From NCBI GenBank assembly GCA_009602725.1, contig WELB01000026.1, positions 73,134-137,133 on the forward strand: a DNA stretch of 64,000 nucleotides. The letters are read 5' to 3'. The position numbers and the translations under genes are program-made. Each line of letters opens with the position of its first letter. Positions within the stretch are counted from its first letter, which is position 1. Origin of the DNA: Spirogloea muscicola. Its lineage: Eukaryota. The notes under the pieces were generated by a model. The model made no database searches. It saw nothing but the letters and a program-made list of their open reading frames with translations, and was not told where the DNA came from. Of this stretch, positions 13,371-25,373 are shown in pieces.

Positions 13371-14657
13371 TATGTGGTATAGAGCTCTTCAGAATCGACA
13401 GCAAGGGCTGTGAGAAGAAGCTTGTCCAATTTAAGGCAGTGGCTGGGAGAGTCCAGCCCAAAAGAATGGACAAGGTCCAGAGAGCCGAAAGGCGTCTAAA
13501 GTACAAAGCTATGCACGAGAACACAGCGGAGGGGAGATTAGTATCGAAGGAGCCCGTGTCCCGCCTCACGTGAGCACAACAGCGACATCCCTAGCGGAGC
13601 CTGATGCATCAGGATGCGCTTGCAAGGCATAATGATGAACATAAAATTTCTTCAGGCCGACGGCGCGCAGGCCAGCTCAGATAGACATCGCAGCCACTTG
13701 CAAGTCATTTTGGGCAAACCACACAAATAGAGGCCCTCCGGCCTCCAGACCTTGCAGCAAAGCAGAACTGGAGCGCACAACCGGTACTTTGGGTTGCGGG
13801 CAAGCAATGCCAGGAAGATCAAACAGCGCAAGTGCATCTGGCTGTATAAGATTGCTCGCAGAGGCAAGGGTCAGGCACTCACGCTTGCCTTCGGAGCTGC
13901 CCTTGTCCCGGCCCATAGGGCGCTGTGGACGTGGCCTCCAGGAAGATGGACCTGCCGCCGGGCAGTCCCTTATCTGGTGGCTCTTGCCGCCGCAGCAAAA
14001 GCAGTCAGCACCTTCCACTCGCGGCTTGGGGAGGCCGCCTTGAGGACGAGCGTTCGAGCCCTGCCTTGGGTTGAATCGCTTCTTGCCTCGCTTTGTCTCT
14101 GCAGATCCGCCTGGCTCCAGCAGGGGACGCTTGCCCGGACCGGCAATGTCCGGCGTGCTGAGCACCTTCCGGGCGTGCTCCACCATCTTCGAAAAGTCCG
14201 TGAAGTCGCGGAATCCACCGCGATCCAAGTTCGCATGCGAGTGGGCAGCCCAGCCTAAAAGGGCTGGCACCGATCAATCGCCTTCATAGGCTCGCTGCGT
14301 AGCTTCGACAGCAGCAGCCTGAAGCGCCGCACATAGGGCTCGAAGTCTAAGCTTCTCTCGCCCATGCGGAGGTTGCGGGCGCGAAGCTCCGCATGTAGAT
14401 CGCCATAGGCCAACTTGAGTGAGCTGGAAAAGAACTTCCAGCCGTTGTACTCGTCGGGCGTCGAGCCCTTCTTCAGGGTGATCCACCAACCCGTGGTTCC
14501 CCTGAGAGGTAGGTCGCCGCGAGGCGCACACGTGGCCCCGCGTCCGTGCTCGAACTCACGAACCATCCGACCATCTCGTCGAGCCATGATTGCAACCCTC
14601 CCCGGTCATCTGACCGGTGAATGGTATGGGCCTGGCAAGTCCATGCTCAGGGTTGCC

Positions 14658-15202
14658 TGTAAGGAACCTCGCCCTACACACGCAGTTAGGGTGAGCAGTC
14701 CTTGAGTTCGGCTGTAGGGGGTTTAGGGACCAACCCACTACACAGGCAAAGCACTAGCGCATTGGCGCAGCGGAAGACAGGCCCCGTGGCGCCGCCGTCC
14801 GGCGGCGACTCCACCTCCTGGGCGCAGGCCGGCGCAGCAGGCCCCGCAGCAAGGTGCGGCGGCCGCTGCGGCGGCGAGCAGCGGCAAGGCTGCTCCTGGG
14901 CTTCACCGGTTCGAACTCCCTCGAGCCTCAGCCCCAAGGCTCTTCGTGCTTCCCCCGTGCCACCCCCCCTCCAGGGGTGAGAGCGGGTCGCCCCATGGCC
15001 TGCCAGGCGGCGGGCCAAAGATCCTCCCTTGAACGGGCGGATCCTAGCGAGGGTATTTCTGGACGGGCGGGGCCCGCCTCTGGGCGGGCCACTTGCCCGG
15101 CAAGCCAGCCCGCCACCTGGCGGGCCCACTTATTTCATATAGCCGGTCATGTAATGCCAACAGAGCCATGTGGCTTAACCAAAATGGCTTAACCAAATGG
15201 CA
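14658..15202 (-). mobile_element. Solo LTR, family B, inserted in gag
   Basis: TG...CA termini with perfect TSD TTGCC (14653-14657 and 15203-15207). Confidence 0.8.
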
Positions 15203-15419
15203 TTGCCACTGCTCTTGCGCATCGAGTGCACTGAGGCATCTACCTCTCGCACATGCCGCTCGCCGGTTCGCTGCCGGACGAGTAGGGCGCGATGGTCCCA
15301 GCAGATCCTCGCTAGGAGGCGAGCTGGGTGCATCGCAAGCTGGGCTGCTGCTAGATCCGGCGTGAGGAGGGCCATGCGTTGCACCACCCCAGCCGACAAG
15401 CCCCCCGCGGTACCCAGCT

Positions 15420-15505
15420 GGGCGTGCCCCCCTTGGGCGTGCCCCTCTTGGGCGTGCCCCTCCTGGGCGTGCCCCTCTTGAGCGTGCCCCTCTTGGGCGT
15501 GTCCC
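15420..15505. repeat. 15-bp tandem repeat (about 6 copies)
   Basis: TGGGCGTGCCCCTCT units; reads as GHAQE repeats on the minus strand. Confidence 0.9.
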
Positions 15506-16096
15506 GCAGCAACCACTGCCTCAGCAGCTGGCCCTGCAGCAGCCGCTGCCTCAGAAGCCAACCGCTCAACCTTCCGAGGAGGGCTCGGCCGCGCACTGGA
15601 AGTGTGTGCGACTCTATGCTGTCTAAAGATACACTGAGTGATCAATTTAGGCTCCGACAGTCAGCCGATCACACGCTCATACTGCAAAACATGGCATTGC
15701 AAGATTGTTGCACCAGCGAGCGAGCAAGCAAGGCAGCGCGCAACTCCACACCTCCAAATAACAGGCAGGCAGACAGCCACAGATATGACCAAGACCAATG
15801 CACACGATCGATGATGGCCACACGGCTAACCTTACCACACAAAGGCTGCAGGCTCAAGCCACACCTCAAGTAGGCGAACGCAGCAGGTGGTCCTCGAAGG
15901 ATCAGGCAGTCGATGGCGTTGGTCGATGCTGCTCACTGCGCAAAAATGACTCAACACCCGCTGAGCAGCCTCGCGGACCACTGTCTGGCAAGGCACTTTA
16001 TCTTCAACAGAAGAGGTCAAGCCAGCACATCAGGAAGATCCTTGCATCATCAGCGGCGAGTACAATATATCACAAGCCCGATGGATGCAAGACCAT

Positions 16097-16107
16097 CTCT
16101 GATACCA
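16097..16107 (-). promoter_or_regulatory. Primer-binding site for initiator tRNA-Met
   Basis: TGGTATCAGAG on the minus strand, 1 nt after the LTR terminal CA. Confidence 0.85.
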
Positions 16108-16108
16108 A

Positions 16109-16356
16109 TGTAGAGAACCTCGCCCTACACCAGCAGTTAGGGTGAGTTGTCCTTCTTATGTTCGGCTGTAGGGGATTTAGGGACCAACCCACCACACGAG
16201 TGAAGCACAGCGCATAGGCGCAGCGGAAAACAGGCCCTGTGGCGCCGCCGTCCAGCAGCGACTCCACCACCTGGGCGCGAGTCGGCGGCTGGCCCCCGAG
16301 GCACGCAGCCGCGGTCTCCCCGCAGCAACGCAGCAGGCTGCGTCGGCGGCTGCGAT

Positions 16357-16403
<47 letters not shown>

Positions 16404-17109
16404 CTGCTCCTAGGCTTCACCTGTCCGAAGTCCCGTCGGGTCTCAGCCCAAGGCTCTTAGTGCTTCCACGTGCCAAACCCCCTTTCCAGGGGTGTGAGCG
16501 GGTCGGCCCCATAGCCTGCCTTGCGGCGGGCCAAAGATCCTCCCTTGAACGTGTGGATCCTAGCGAGGGGTATTTCTGGCGGGCGGGGCCCGCAACTGGG
16601 CGGGCCACTTGGCCGGCCAGCCAGCCCGCCACCTAGCGGGCCACTTACCGGCAACGGCAAGCGGTCATGTAACGCGAACAGCACCGTGTAGCTTGACCAG
16701 CGGCTGGAACGTTACAACCGCCCTGTGCGGCAGGGTGCCGCCAGGTGCCTCGCGGCTCCACACGCGTCACAAGCATGTCACTACGAATCGGCGGCACCGG
16801 GCGTCGAAGCGGCGATGCGCCGGCCGCACCGGCGGTGCGGCCTCAATCGGGTTATGGCGGCGGCTCCAGCGGTGCGGCAACGATGCGGCGGCGATGAGGC
16901 CGCGGCTCCCGCGGCGCGGCGGCGATGCGACGGCGGCACCGCCGACAGACCGCTGAGCAGCTCCTCTGCTGGCGCACCGCGCGTCACCGTCGCGCGTCGC
17001 CCACGTGTCAGTCGGGCGCGGGAGTCTAACGATACTTGGCCGCGCACCCTTACCACGCGTTAGCGTTTAAGTCAAGCTTCAACGTCACGTAACGGGTGGG
17101 GACGTGACA
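16109..17109 (-). mobile_element. Composite LTR (A-type 5' part 17109-16717 plus full B-type 16716-16109), preceded by PPT and followed by PBS
   Basis: Minus strand reads ...AGATGGGGGAAAA|TGTCACG ... TGTAACG ... CTACA|T TGGTATCAGAG. Confidence 0.7.
16358..16402. repeat. (CAG)15 microsatellite inside LTR B
   Basis: Direct read. Confidence 0.95.
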
Positions 17110-20069
17110 TTTTCCCCCATCTAGATGTTCACGCCCTCGGGAACAAGGACGCAGTACGTAAGGAGAACTTGTAGATCACGTTCGACGGGGGCCTTTCAGA
17201 GTACGACGCAAAGGAGGGAGTTGCTTCTTTGCAAGATACTTACTGAGAATGGACGGGCAACAGGCAAGATGGCCAGAAGGTTCCCACGCATTGTGTTCAG
17301 GTCCATAGCCTAAGCAATTTACAAGATACTCTCGGGATCACGTCGCCCACGGAGTTTGTCGCGGTGAGACCGGATCTCCTCCACCTCACACTCTTCCTTA
17401 TCCTCGACGACAAGGTGAGGTGGGGGCGGTTGAACGCGACCATCCGTATGGAATGGTACGAGCTGGGACACATGGAATACTCGGTGTAATTTCCATTGTA
17501 CTGGGGTATCCAGCTCATTCGCAATTTTGTCGACCGGCGGCACTTCACGAAAAGGTCCAACCCACTTTGGTTTAAGGCGTACATACAGCCCGCATGGAGA
17601 GATGCTTTGTGCTTAGTAGCACTTGAGCAGCCACGTCGAAGGATATATATCGACGATGTCGATCAGCATACGCCTTTTGCCGTTGCTGGGCAATCTCCAT
17701 TGCCTAGCCCTCCGCTGAGCTTCCAGGAGGTGACCGATAATGGTTGTTGCGGCCGGCACGCGTTCCGGCCTCCCTATCTGTAAGGGTGCCCGGGGATGCT
17801 GACCGTAAGTAAGGAAGAAAGGGGTGTTCTTGGTGGACTTATGAAAGGCATTGTTCACAGCATATTCCGCTGGAGCAAGATACTTATCCCAGTCAGTCTG
17901 GCTGGGGCTTACAAAATGCCATAAACATTTCCGATTCATCCTTTCTGTTGACCATCGCTTTGGGGGTGGAATGCCTGGATAAGGATTGCTTAGTGCCAAT
18001 AAGCCAGCAGACTTCACGCCAGAAGCAACCCGTGAAGCGAGGGTCGCGATCAGACACGATTCGCTCGGGCACTCCGCGCAATTTCCATACACGGTCCACG
18101 AAGATACCAGCAAATTCCTGAGCGGACACTGTGGTGGTCGTAGGCGCAAAATGCACTATTTTACTTAGACGATCCACGAACACGACATTGGCATCATAGC
18201 CGTTTCGCGTCTTGGGGAGTTGGGTGATGAAATCCATTCCGACATCAGACCAGTTCCGCGGAGGAATCTTCAAAGGTTGGAGCAATCCGGCAGGCTTGTG
18301 AGAGCGTGATTTAGTACGCTGGCAGGTGGCGCAAGTCTTCACAGAAGACTCTACTTGGACTTTCAAGTCCGGCCACCAAAGGAGAAGCTGGACAGCTTTC
18401 TTTGTTTTCCCCATACCCAAATGACCACTATACGGAGGCTCATGCAGTTCTTGCAAGATACTGCTGCGCAAGGCATTGCAGTCAGGGACTGCAATGGCGT
18501 CACCTCGCCACCAAAGCCTTGGTCATTTACTAGTGTGCGTGCATTGGTTTCATTTGCAAAGCATGGGTCTGTGCCAGGGTCTGAACCCCTGAAGCGTGCA
18601 AGACAGCCGCCACAACAGCCCCTGCAATGTTGCGGCTCACCAGCTTCGCAATATTCATACTTCCAGAGCGGTACAGTCACTGGAAACGGAATGTGGCCAT
18701 GCGCTTAACCCACTGTGCTAGACGTCTGCTCAATTGCTGTTGTGTGTGAAAGTAGGTCAAGGGGCAATAATCCGTTACGACCGTAAATACAACACCCTCG
18801 AGATTGCATCGCCACAGTGTAGTAGGGGCGGGGCGCGCACAACAGCAAGGAGCACTTGCTCCCCCGTGGCAAAGTTGCGCTCTGCCGAACAAAGCAGGCT
18901 ACCTTCAAACGCTACGGGGTGACTGCAAGAGAACGGCACCAGTGCCGATCACAGAGGCGTCACTACTTGAAACGGCACGCCTTCTCGAGGCAAGGCCAAA
19001 ACGGATGGATTCACAAGGACCCGTTTGATATCCTCGAATGCCCTCTGGCATTTGGACGTCCACACCCAGCTAACGTCCTTACGAGTGAGCTTCGTAAGAG
19101 GAGATGCCAAACTCCGTACCTTCACAGGAACTTACGGAGGTAGTTTGCGAATCCCAAGAAGGGACGCAGTCGTGGCTCACATCGTGGCGCAATTACTATT
19201 ACAGTCCTTTACTACTTGGTGGGGTTGACGCGAGCCCCGTCTTCGTTCACAACACGCCCTATGTATGTTCCGGCTGGTTATACACATAGTTGGCATATGG
19301 TTGATTTGCACGCAGTACATGCTGCAGGTGCAGTACGTCATCCTCAGGCGTTTTACTGAAGACCAGTCTGCCATCAAGTAAACCAGCACAGAGTCACACA
19401 GTAGGGACCCAAAGACTTTCATCATCACAACCTGACACGTGGAAAGTGCTTTTGATTTGACCAAAACGGAGCATCTTGCATTAGAAGTAGCCGAGCAGCC
19501 TACAACAAGCCAAATACGGGACTTCCTTAGGTATGAGACGCAAATAGCCATCACCACTTTGCAAAGCGGGGGAGCTATACGCGTAGGCTCCCACAAGATG
19601 ATTTCACATCTCATCAATGCTAAGCAAAAGGTATGTTATCTTGACCGTGAGCTTATTTAGAGCTCATACTCGATACACGTCCAAAGACTCCGGCCTACTC
19701 CACAACGAAGAAGATGGGTGCACTGCACGACAATTGTGAAGAGCCACACCATGTTGAGAATACCACACTCGCAAAGTCAGGGGGAGACTCTGTGCGCATC
19801 ATCACGATGAGACACTCAGCCAAAGCTGGAATCATGTGAGAGTGGGTCTTCAAATACAGCCTCCCGGCTCAGCTTGCCAGGATGCTGGTCAAAGCACTCC
19901 CATACAGGTGAACCCTTTGACAACCAAAGGCAGATGTGAGCATTTACCCAGAGTACCCAAAATGCTCTAGCCAGCTGAAGGCATCATATGCCGGCAGCTT
20001 ACTCCTCGAGCACACAGAGATACTCAGGCACATAGCTGGGCCAGTGGCGCAATCTTCACTACTCAGCAT
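17110..20069 (-). pseudogene. Decayed chromovirus pol (RT remnant, RNase H, integrase, chromodomain)
   Basis: VVTDYCPL; LHEPPYSGHLG...CATCQ...GMDFITQLP...VFVDRLSK...IVSDRDPRF; EECEVEEIRSHR; multiple frameshifts. Confidence 0.85.
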
Positions 20070-20658
20070 TGTCGTGCCTGCCCGTATACCGCTTACTACG
20101 TGTCGAAGTGCCACACCTGAAGCTCTGCCTACAGGCGAGGACTCTGCTTTGTTTGCTAGCAGTAGCCTGTCTTGCATGGCCTCACTAACAGGCGAGCAGA
20201 CCTGCAAAGAATGTGGCAGAAGAGTCACCACATCCGCCGTCGATCTCTTAAGAGACCACCCCGCGAGGGGGGGTCAAGGCAGTAGGTACAGAGACTTAGT
20301 ACTCGGCGCCCCGGGGCTCTCTAGCCCGCCCATACGGGTTGCGCCCTACCCAGCGGGTCACCCCATGGTTTACCCCCGCTGAGGTTCCCTATACCACCTT
20401 GCTACCTGAGATATCCGACCAGGGTTAGCCCTGGTCGGTTCCGTCCAACCGCCCTCTAGCCGACGCTACGACGACGCTCTGCGCCCGGGCATGACAGCTG
20501 TCGTGCCTGCCTATATAGCGCTCACTACGCGTCGAAGTGCCACACCTGAAGGTCTGCCTACAGGCCAGGACTCTGCTTTGTTAGCTAACAGTAGCCTGTC
20601 CTGCATGGCCTCACTACCAGGTGAGACCTGCAAAGAATGTGGTAGAATAGTCGCCACA
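20070..20658 (-). mobile_element. Family C LTR(s) at the 3' end of the DNMT-Gypsy element: full LTR 20496-20070 plus a tandem partial copy 20658-20499
   Basis: TGTCATGCC...GGCACGACA inverted termini; 20070-20232 is repeated at 20499-20658; homologous solo copy at 44750-45338; N gap at 20671. Confidence 0.65.
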
Positions 20659-20754
20659 CCCCCCCCCCCCNTCCCCCCCCCCCCCCCCCCGGCCTGAATC
20701 TGAGGCAGCTGCATCCTCTGAGGGTTAAGCATCCTAACTATGACAGCGATATGC

Positions 20755-20889
20755 GCAGCGCGGGCAGAACCACTGCCCCGCCGGCACCTCAGCAAGAGGT
20801 GGTTGCAGGCAGCCAGTGTGCCACCCCTCATTACAATGATCGAATAGCAGCATGGGCGGCTCAGTATTCAAGCCGCCACACACTTCACA
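20755..20889 (-). other. PHD finger at the integrase C-terminus
   Basis: CEVC...MLLFDHCNEGWHTGCLQPPLAEVPAGQWFCPRC: Cys4-His-Cys3 pattern with the third Cys replaced by Phe. Confidence 0.88.
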
Positions 20890-23010
20890 TCTCATCCCCT
20901 CCATCAGCAAGGTGTAGTCAATAGTGCAGTCCACGTCGGGAAGATGGCACGGCGCACAGTTGCGCTGATGCTCCGCGACAGTGGATCCGCACCGGCCCTG
21001 CAGCAGCAGCACGCCGCTGGGCCTCACCTCCTTCACTTGCAGGACGACCCGCCGGACACCCGCGTCCAAGGTGCTGCGCTGCTGGCGCTGCACGTACACG
21101 TCAGTCGCCGTTCTCAACTACATCACCCGTGGCTGGTACTTCCCCGACCGCACCTGCGCGAAAGACAGCTTGTCGCGATGCTGCGCCACCGCCAGGTTGT
21201 CCATCGCCATCGGCATGACCCTGCGGAAGAGCCTCCCGTGCTCCTCGCAGATCGCTATTCAGCGCCCTGGGCTGTTCATGTCCACCACTGGCTCCACCCG
21301 CAGTCGGATGGCAGCTGGCAGGAAAGGATGCCTGCCAAAGAGCAAGAAGTATGGCGAGTAGCTCGCCAACGCCGCCTGCTTACTCATTCGGTACCCCATC
21401 AGCGACCAAGGAAGAAAAAGATCCCAATCCCTGGTGTCCCTCTCCAGGCAAAACTTCCGCAGTCCTCTCTTGACTGTCTGGACCATCCGCTCCGCCAGCC
21501 CATCCGCCTGTGGATTGTTGCGCGAGGTTGTCCGGTGGTCAATCAGAGCCACCTCCAGGAGCTGGTCGAAGGCGCCACGGAACTTGCTGCCTCCGTCGGT
21601 CAGCACCTCCGCGCAGGCCCCAAAGCGGCACAACACCCGATCCAAGAAGCAAGCTGCGATCAGCGAGCTGGACTTGTCTGAGATTGCACAACTTCCACCC
21701 ACTTGCTTCCATGCTCCACCATGATGAGAATGTAGCGTTGCCCACGCTTCGACAGTGGCAGCTCGCCTGCAAGATTGAGACTCCACCTGTGGAAGAGTCC
21801 GTTGATGGGGAGTGGATGCAGCTCCACGCTGCGCACCGTGAGGTTGGCTCGGACGCGGTCGCAGGCCTGGCACCGCGCCACCACCGCAGCCACATCCCGG
21901 GCCATCCCCTCCACCAGTGACCACACGCCACCAGGCTGTGGGACCTCTTCACCCCAAAGGGCCCCAGCACCTCATGCTGCTGCAGCACCAACGGCGTCCG
22001 CTCCGCTGGCCTGGGCACCACTCTCACCCCATTATCCATTTTCAAACGCAGGTGGTGGCCCTCGCGCCACCGGTACCGTTGCGCCCGCTGCTGCACACGG
22101 TCCTTGCTTGCCTTGCTCATCCCCAGCGGATGTTCAAGCCGCTGGAGGTACTCCAACACCTCCAGGTCGCTCCACACGTCCGGATCACCCCCAGCCGCCT
22201 GCTGGGCGGTCTCCCCTGACACGTGCCTCCGAGAAGTGGATGCAGTCAATCTGTCACCTGCCACGGGACCGCCCTCACGTGCAGCATCGCTAGTGGCAAA
22301 GCCTAGCAACTGCGGCATGGCTCCACAGCAACAGTACGACCTGAAGGGCCCCTCCATCACCGCGAGCCTCGCACGCCGGCTCCCGCTCCACGCTCCCCGT
22401 GGCTCCACCTTAGCTGAATCGCCTCGTTGCTCCACCGAGCCACCGCCAGCTCCCGCCGCTTCCGATCCCGCGCTGCCGCTCAGTCGAGACGCCATGGCGG
22501 TCGGACTGTGCCGCAATACCAGAGATGACTCCAACCCGCATTGCACCTTTCCAACATCGCATGCATGCGCCCCAGCCACAGAAGGAGACAACCTGAAGGA
22601 CAACCTGAAGGACCCCTCCATCACCGCGGGCCTCGAACGCCGGCTCCCGCTCCACGCTCCCGCCGATGTTAGAAGCGCCTGCCGGGTGCAGATCGCAGGG
22701 TCTTCGGGCGTGTCAAGCAGCTGCAGCAGCATCGCTGAGGCAGACCACGCAGGCAGCTCCACTTCCTCCCGGTCGTGGTCAGCTCGCGCCACGCTCCCGT
22801 CTCGAGTACTCGGGTTGGGGTTGAGACTGAGGCCGTCCGTGTCCATGTGTACCTCCCCGGCGCGATGTCGAATCTCAAACTTGTACTCCTGCAGGATGAC
22901 CACCCATCTCGCATGCTTTCCTGTGAGCTTCTGGTTCGTCATTAGCCATTTTAGCGGCTGATGGTCGGTCACTCGCACAAAATGTCCGGCAGTACAGGTT
23001 GGGCCGGAAG

Positions 23011-23862
23011 TGTGACGGCCCTGACCCTTAACAGCACAGTCGAGGGTCAGTACGTCCTTTTTGGTTACGGTCGCTGGGGTTTAGAGACAAACCCCCAGCA
23101 CAGTGAAAGCACCACGTGTGATACGCAGCGGAAGTCTCGCCCTGAGGCGCTGCCGACAGGCAGCGACTCACCTCTCAGGTACGGGCCAGCGACTGTCCTC
23201 AAGGGAGCAGCCACAGTATTACTCACAGAGAGCCGACGAAGGTCCGCGACAACGGGATGCGGCGACGGGCTGCAGCAGCGGGCAGCAGCAGGGCTGCGTC
23301 GGCGGGCTGCGGCAGCAGGCGGCAGCAGGACTGCGCCTCTCTCTCGCGGGCTTCACTGAGGTTGACCGGGTTGTCTCTGAGTCGGCTGTCAGCCCTACTT
23401 GTAGTGCTTCATGTGCCACCCTCCCCAGGGGTCTCCGGGAAGGCGGGCCCGACAAGGGGAATCTAGTGCGAGGGCAGGCCACGCGGCTCCCTTCCGGAGG
23501 CGGCGGCCGTCCTGCGGTGCCGCCGAGCGGCGCCTTGCGGCTCCGGCTTGCGGCGCCGCCAGTGAGTCACTGGTGTGGCGCGGCGTCACAGGCGCGCCAC
23601 ACGTGTACCATACACGTCATTGCGGGCACGACGGCAGAATCAGGATATGCCGAGAAGCTCCGCTCTGGAAGTCCAGGATTCGCCGCCTCGGTTGGAGGCG
23701 GCGCGCCTGCACGTCACATCGTCAGCAGGCGCGTCACACCGCGCGACACCTCGCGCGGCGCTCTCGCGCTGTCGCACGCGCGTCGCACGCTTCAGTCGCG
23801 AGCGCGTCAGTGGTTAGCGCTTACCTCGAATTTAAGCGTCCCGTAACAGCGGGGATGTTACA
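23011..23862 (-). mobile_element. Solo LTR, family A, inserted in RNase H of the DNMT element
   Basis: TGTGACG...TGTTACA; perfect TSD GGAAG (23006-23010, 23863-23867). Confidence 0.9.
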
Positions 23863-25373
23863 GGAAGTGCACCACCGCCCACACAACGCAAAGGCACTCG
23901 CCTTCGTACGAGCTGTAGTTCGCCTCCGCGGGGTTGTTGGAGCGGCTGGCATATGCCACCAGATACTCCTGTTCCTCCTTCTCCTCCTGCACGAATACTG
24001 CTCCCAGAACTAGTCGGCTCCAGTCCGTATGTAGGTGGAACGGCTTGGAGTAGCCCGGCCGCCTCAGCACCGGCGCAGATGACAGGCGCTCCTTCACCTC
24101 CTCGAACGCCTGCTGCCGCGGCGCGGTCCACACCCACGGCTTCCCCTTCTTTAAAATCTCATTCAGAGGCTTCACCACAGCAAAAAAGCCCCGCACGAAC
24201 TGCCGATAATAGCTCGCCAAGCCCAGGAAGGCCCGCAGCCTGCTGACGTCCGTAGGCACTGGCACGCGCATCAAGGCGTCCACCTTCGCGGGCTGCACGC
24301 CAAACCCTCCTGGCGACACCTCGTGCCCCAAATAGGATACCGTGCCCACTTCAACCCTACGGTATGAATAACCAGGATGGCACTTCATACCGGATGCCCC
24401 AATCCTCCCAAGCACGGCCTCCACGTGCGCCAAGTGCTCCGCCACCGTTGTACTGAACACCAACACGTCGTCGATGTAGCACTTTGCGAAGCGCAACCCC
24501 GCCAAGACCTGGTCCATCACCCTTTGAAATCTGGCCGGGGCGTTGCGCAACCCGAGTGGCATGCGCGTCCAATGGTAGAGCCGCTCCGCTCCCCAGAAGG
24601 CTGTCTTTGCCCTGTCCTCCATCTTGATCTCAATCTGATTGAAAACCTGTCGCAGGTCCAAGACGCTGAACACGCACGCTGCACCCAGCTCGTCAAAGAT
24701 CTCCTCTGGTGTGAGCATGGCATAACGATCGGGCTGAATCACCTCATTCAGGGCGCGGTAGTCCCCGCACATCCTCTTCTCCGTCCATTGGCCGAACAGG
24801 TCCTTCTTCGCCGGCATCACCATGGGAGCCGCGTATTGCGACTCCACTCCTCAATGAGCCCCACCTGCTTTAGCTCCTCACAGCGCGCCTCTCCAACAGC
24901 TCCCGGAACTGCTTCCGCTCCTCCTCTGACAACGCCTCTTCCATATCCCACTCGTGGGACAGCTTCTCCTTCCCTGCTCCCACTTCCTCCTGCGGTGGTT
25001 GCTACGCGGGCCCCCCCCCCAGCCTCCTGCTGCTGGGCCCCATGCAGCGACGGGATCCCCCCTGCAAGGACCGGTATGAATGCTTGGTGGCTGCTCCACT
25101 GCCACCGACTCCTCACCCAAGGATGCCGATGCAGGCAAAAGGGTTTGAATCGACCTGCAGGGGCCCCTTTCGGAAGCCCCTGAATTGTCGCTGCAGGCAC
25201 TCGGGTTGTCCGCCCGCGGCCTTGTGCGCCAACTGTTCGTGCTGCGACTCTACTCCCCCCCCAGTGGGAAGCCGCCAGCGCCTGCGCGAGCCGCCCACTG
25301 TGTGTAGAGCCCCTGCGCCCAATGCCACGCTGCCTGCTGGCTCCGCTGCGCGACAAAGCCTACTGACAGCACC

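Larger units (their letters stand above)
13677..16096 (-). pseudogene. Ty3/Gypsy leader and gag (frameshifted) with CCHC zinc knuckle
   Basis: CFCCGGKSHQIRDC knuckle; gag-like LRGTTGWW...WKFFSSSLKLAYG; lies downstream of PBS and LTR; interrupted by a solo LTR. Confidence 0.75.

Noticed and set aside
16355..16636. Poly-glutamine protein ORF
   Set aside because: Translation of a CAG microsatellite inside an LTR.
20070..20658. TRIM with 160-bp LTRs
   Set aside because: The copy at 44750-45338 shows the supposed internal region is the 5' part of a longer LTR.
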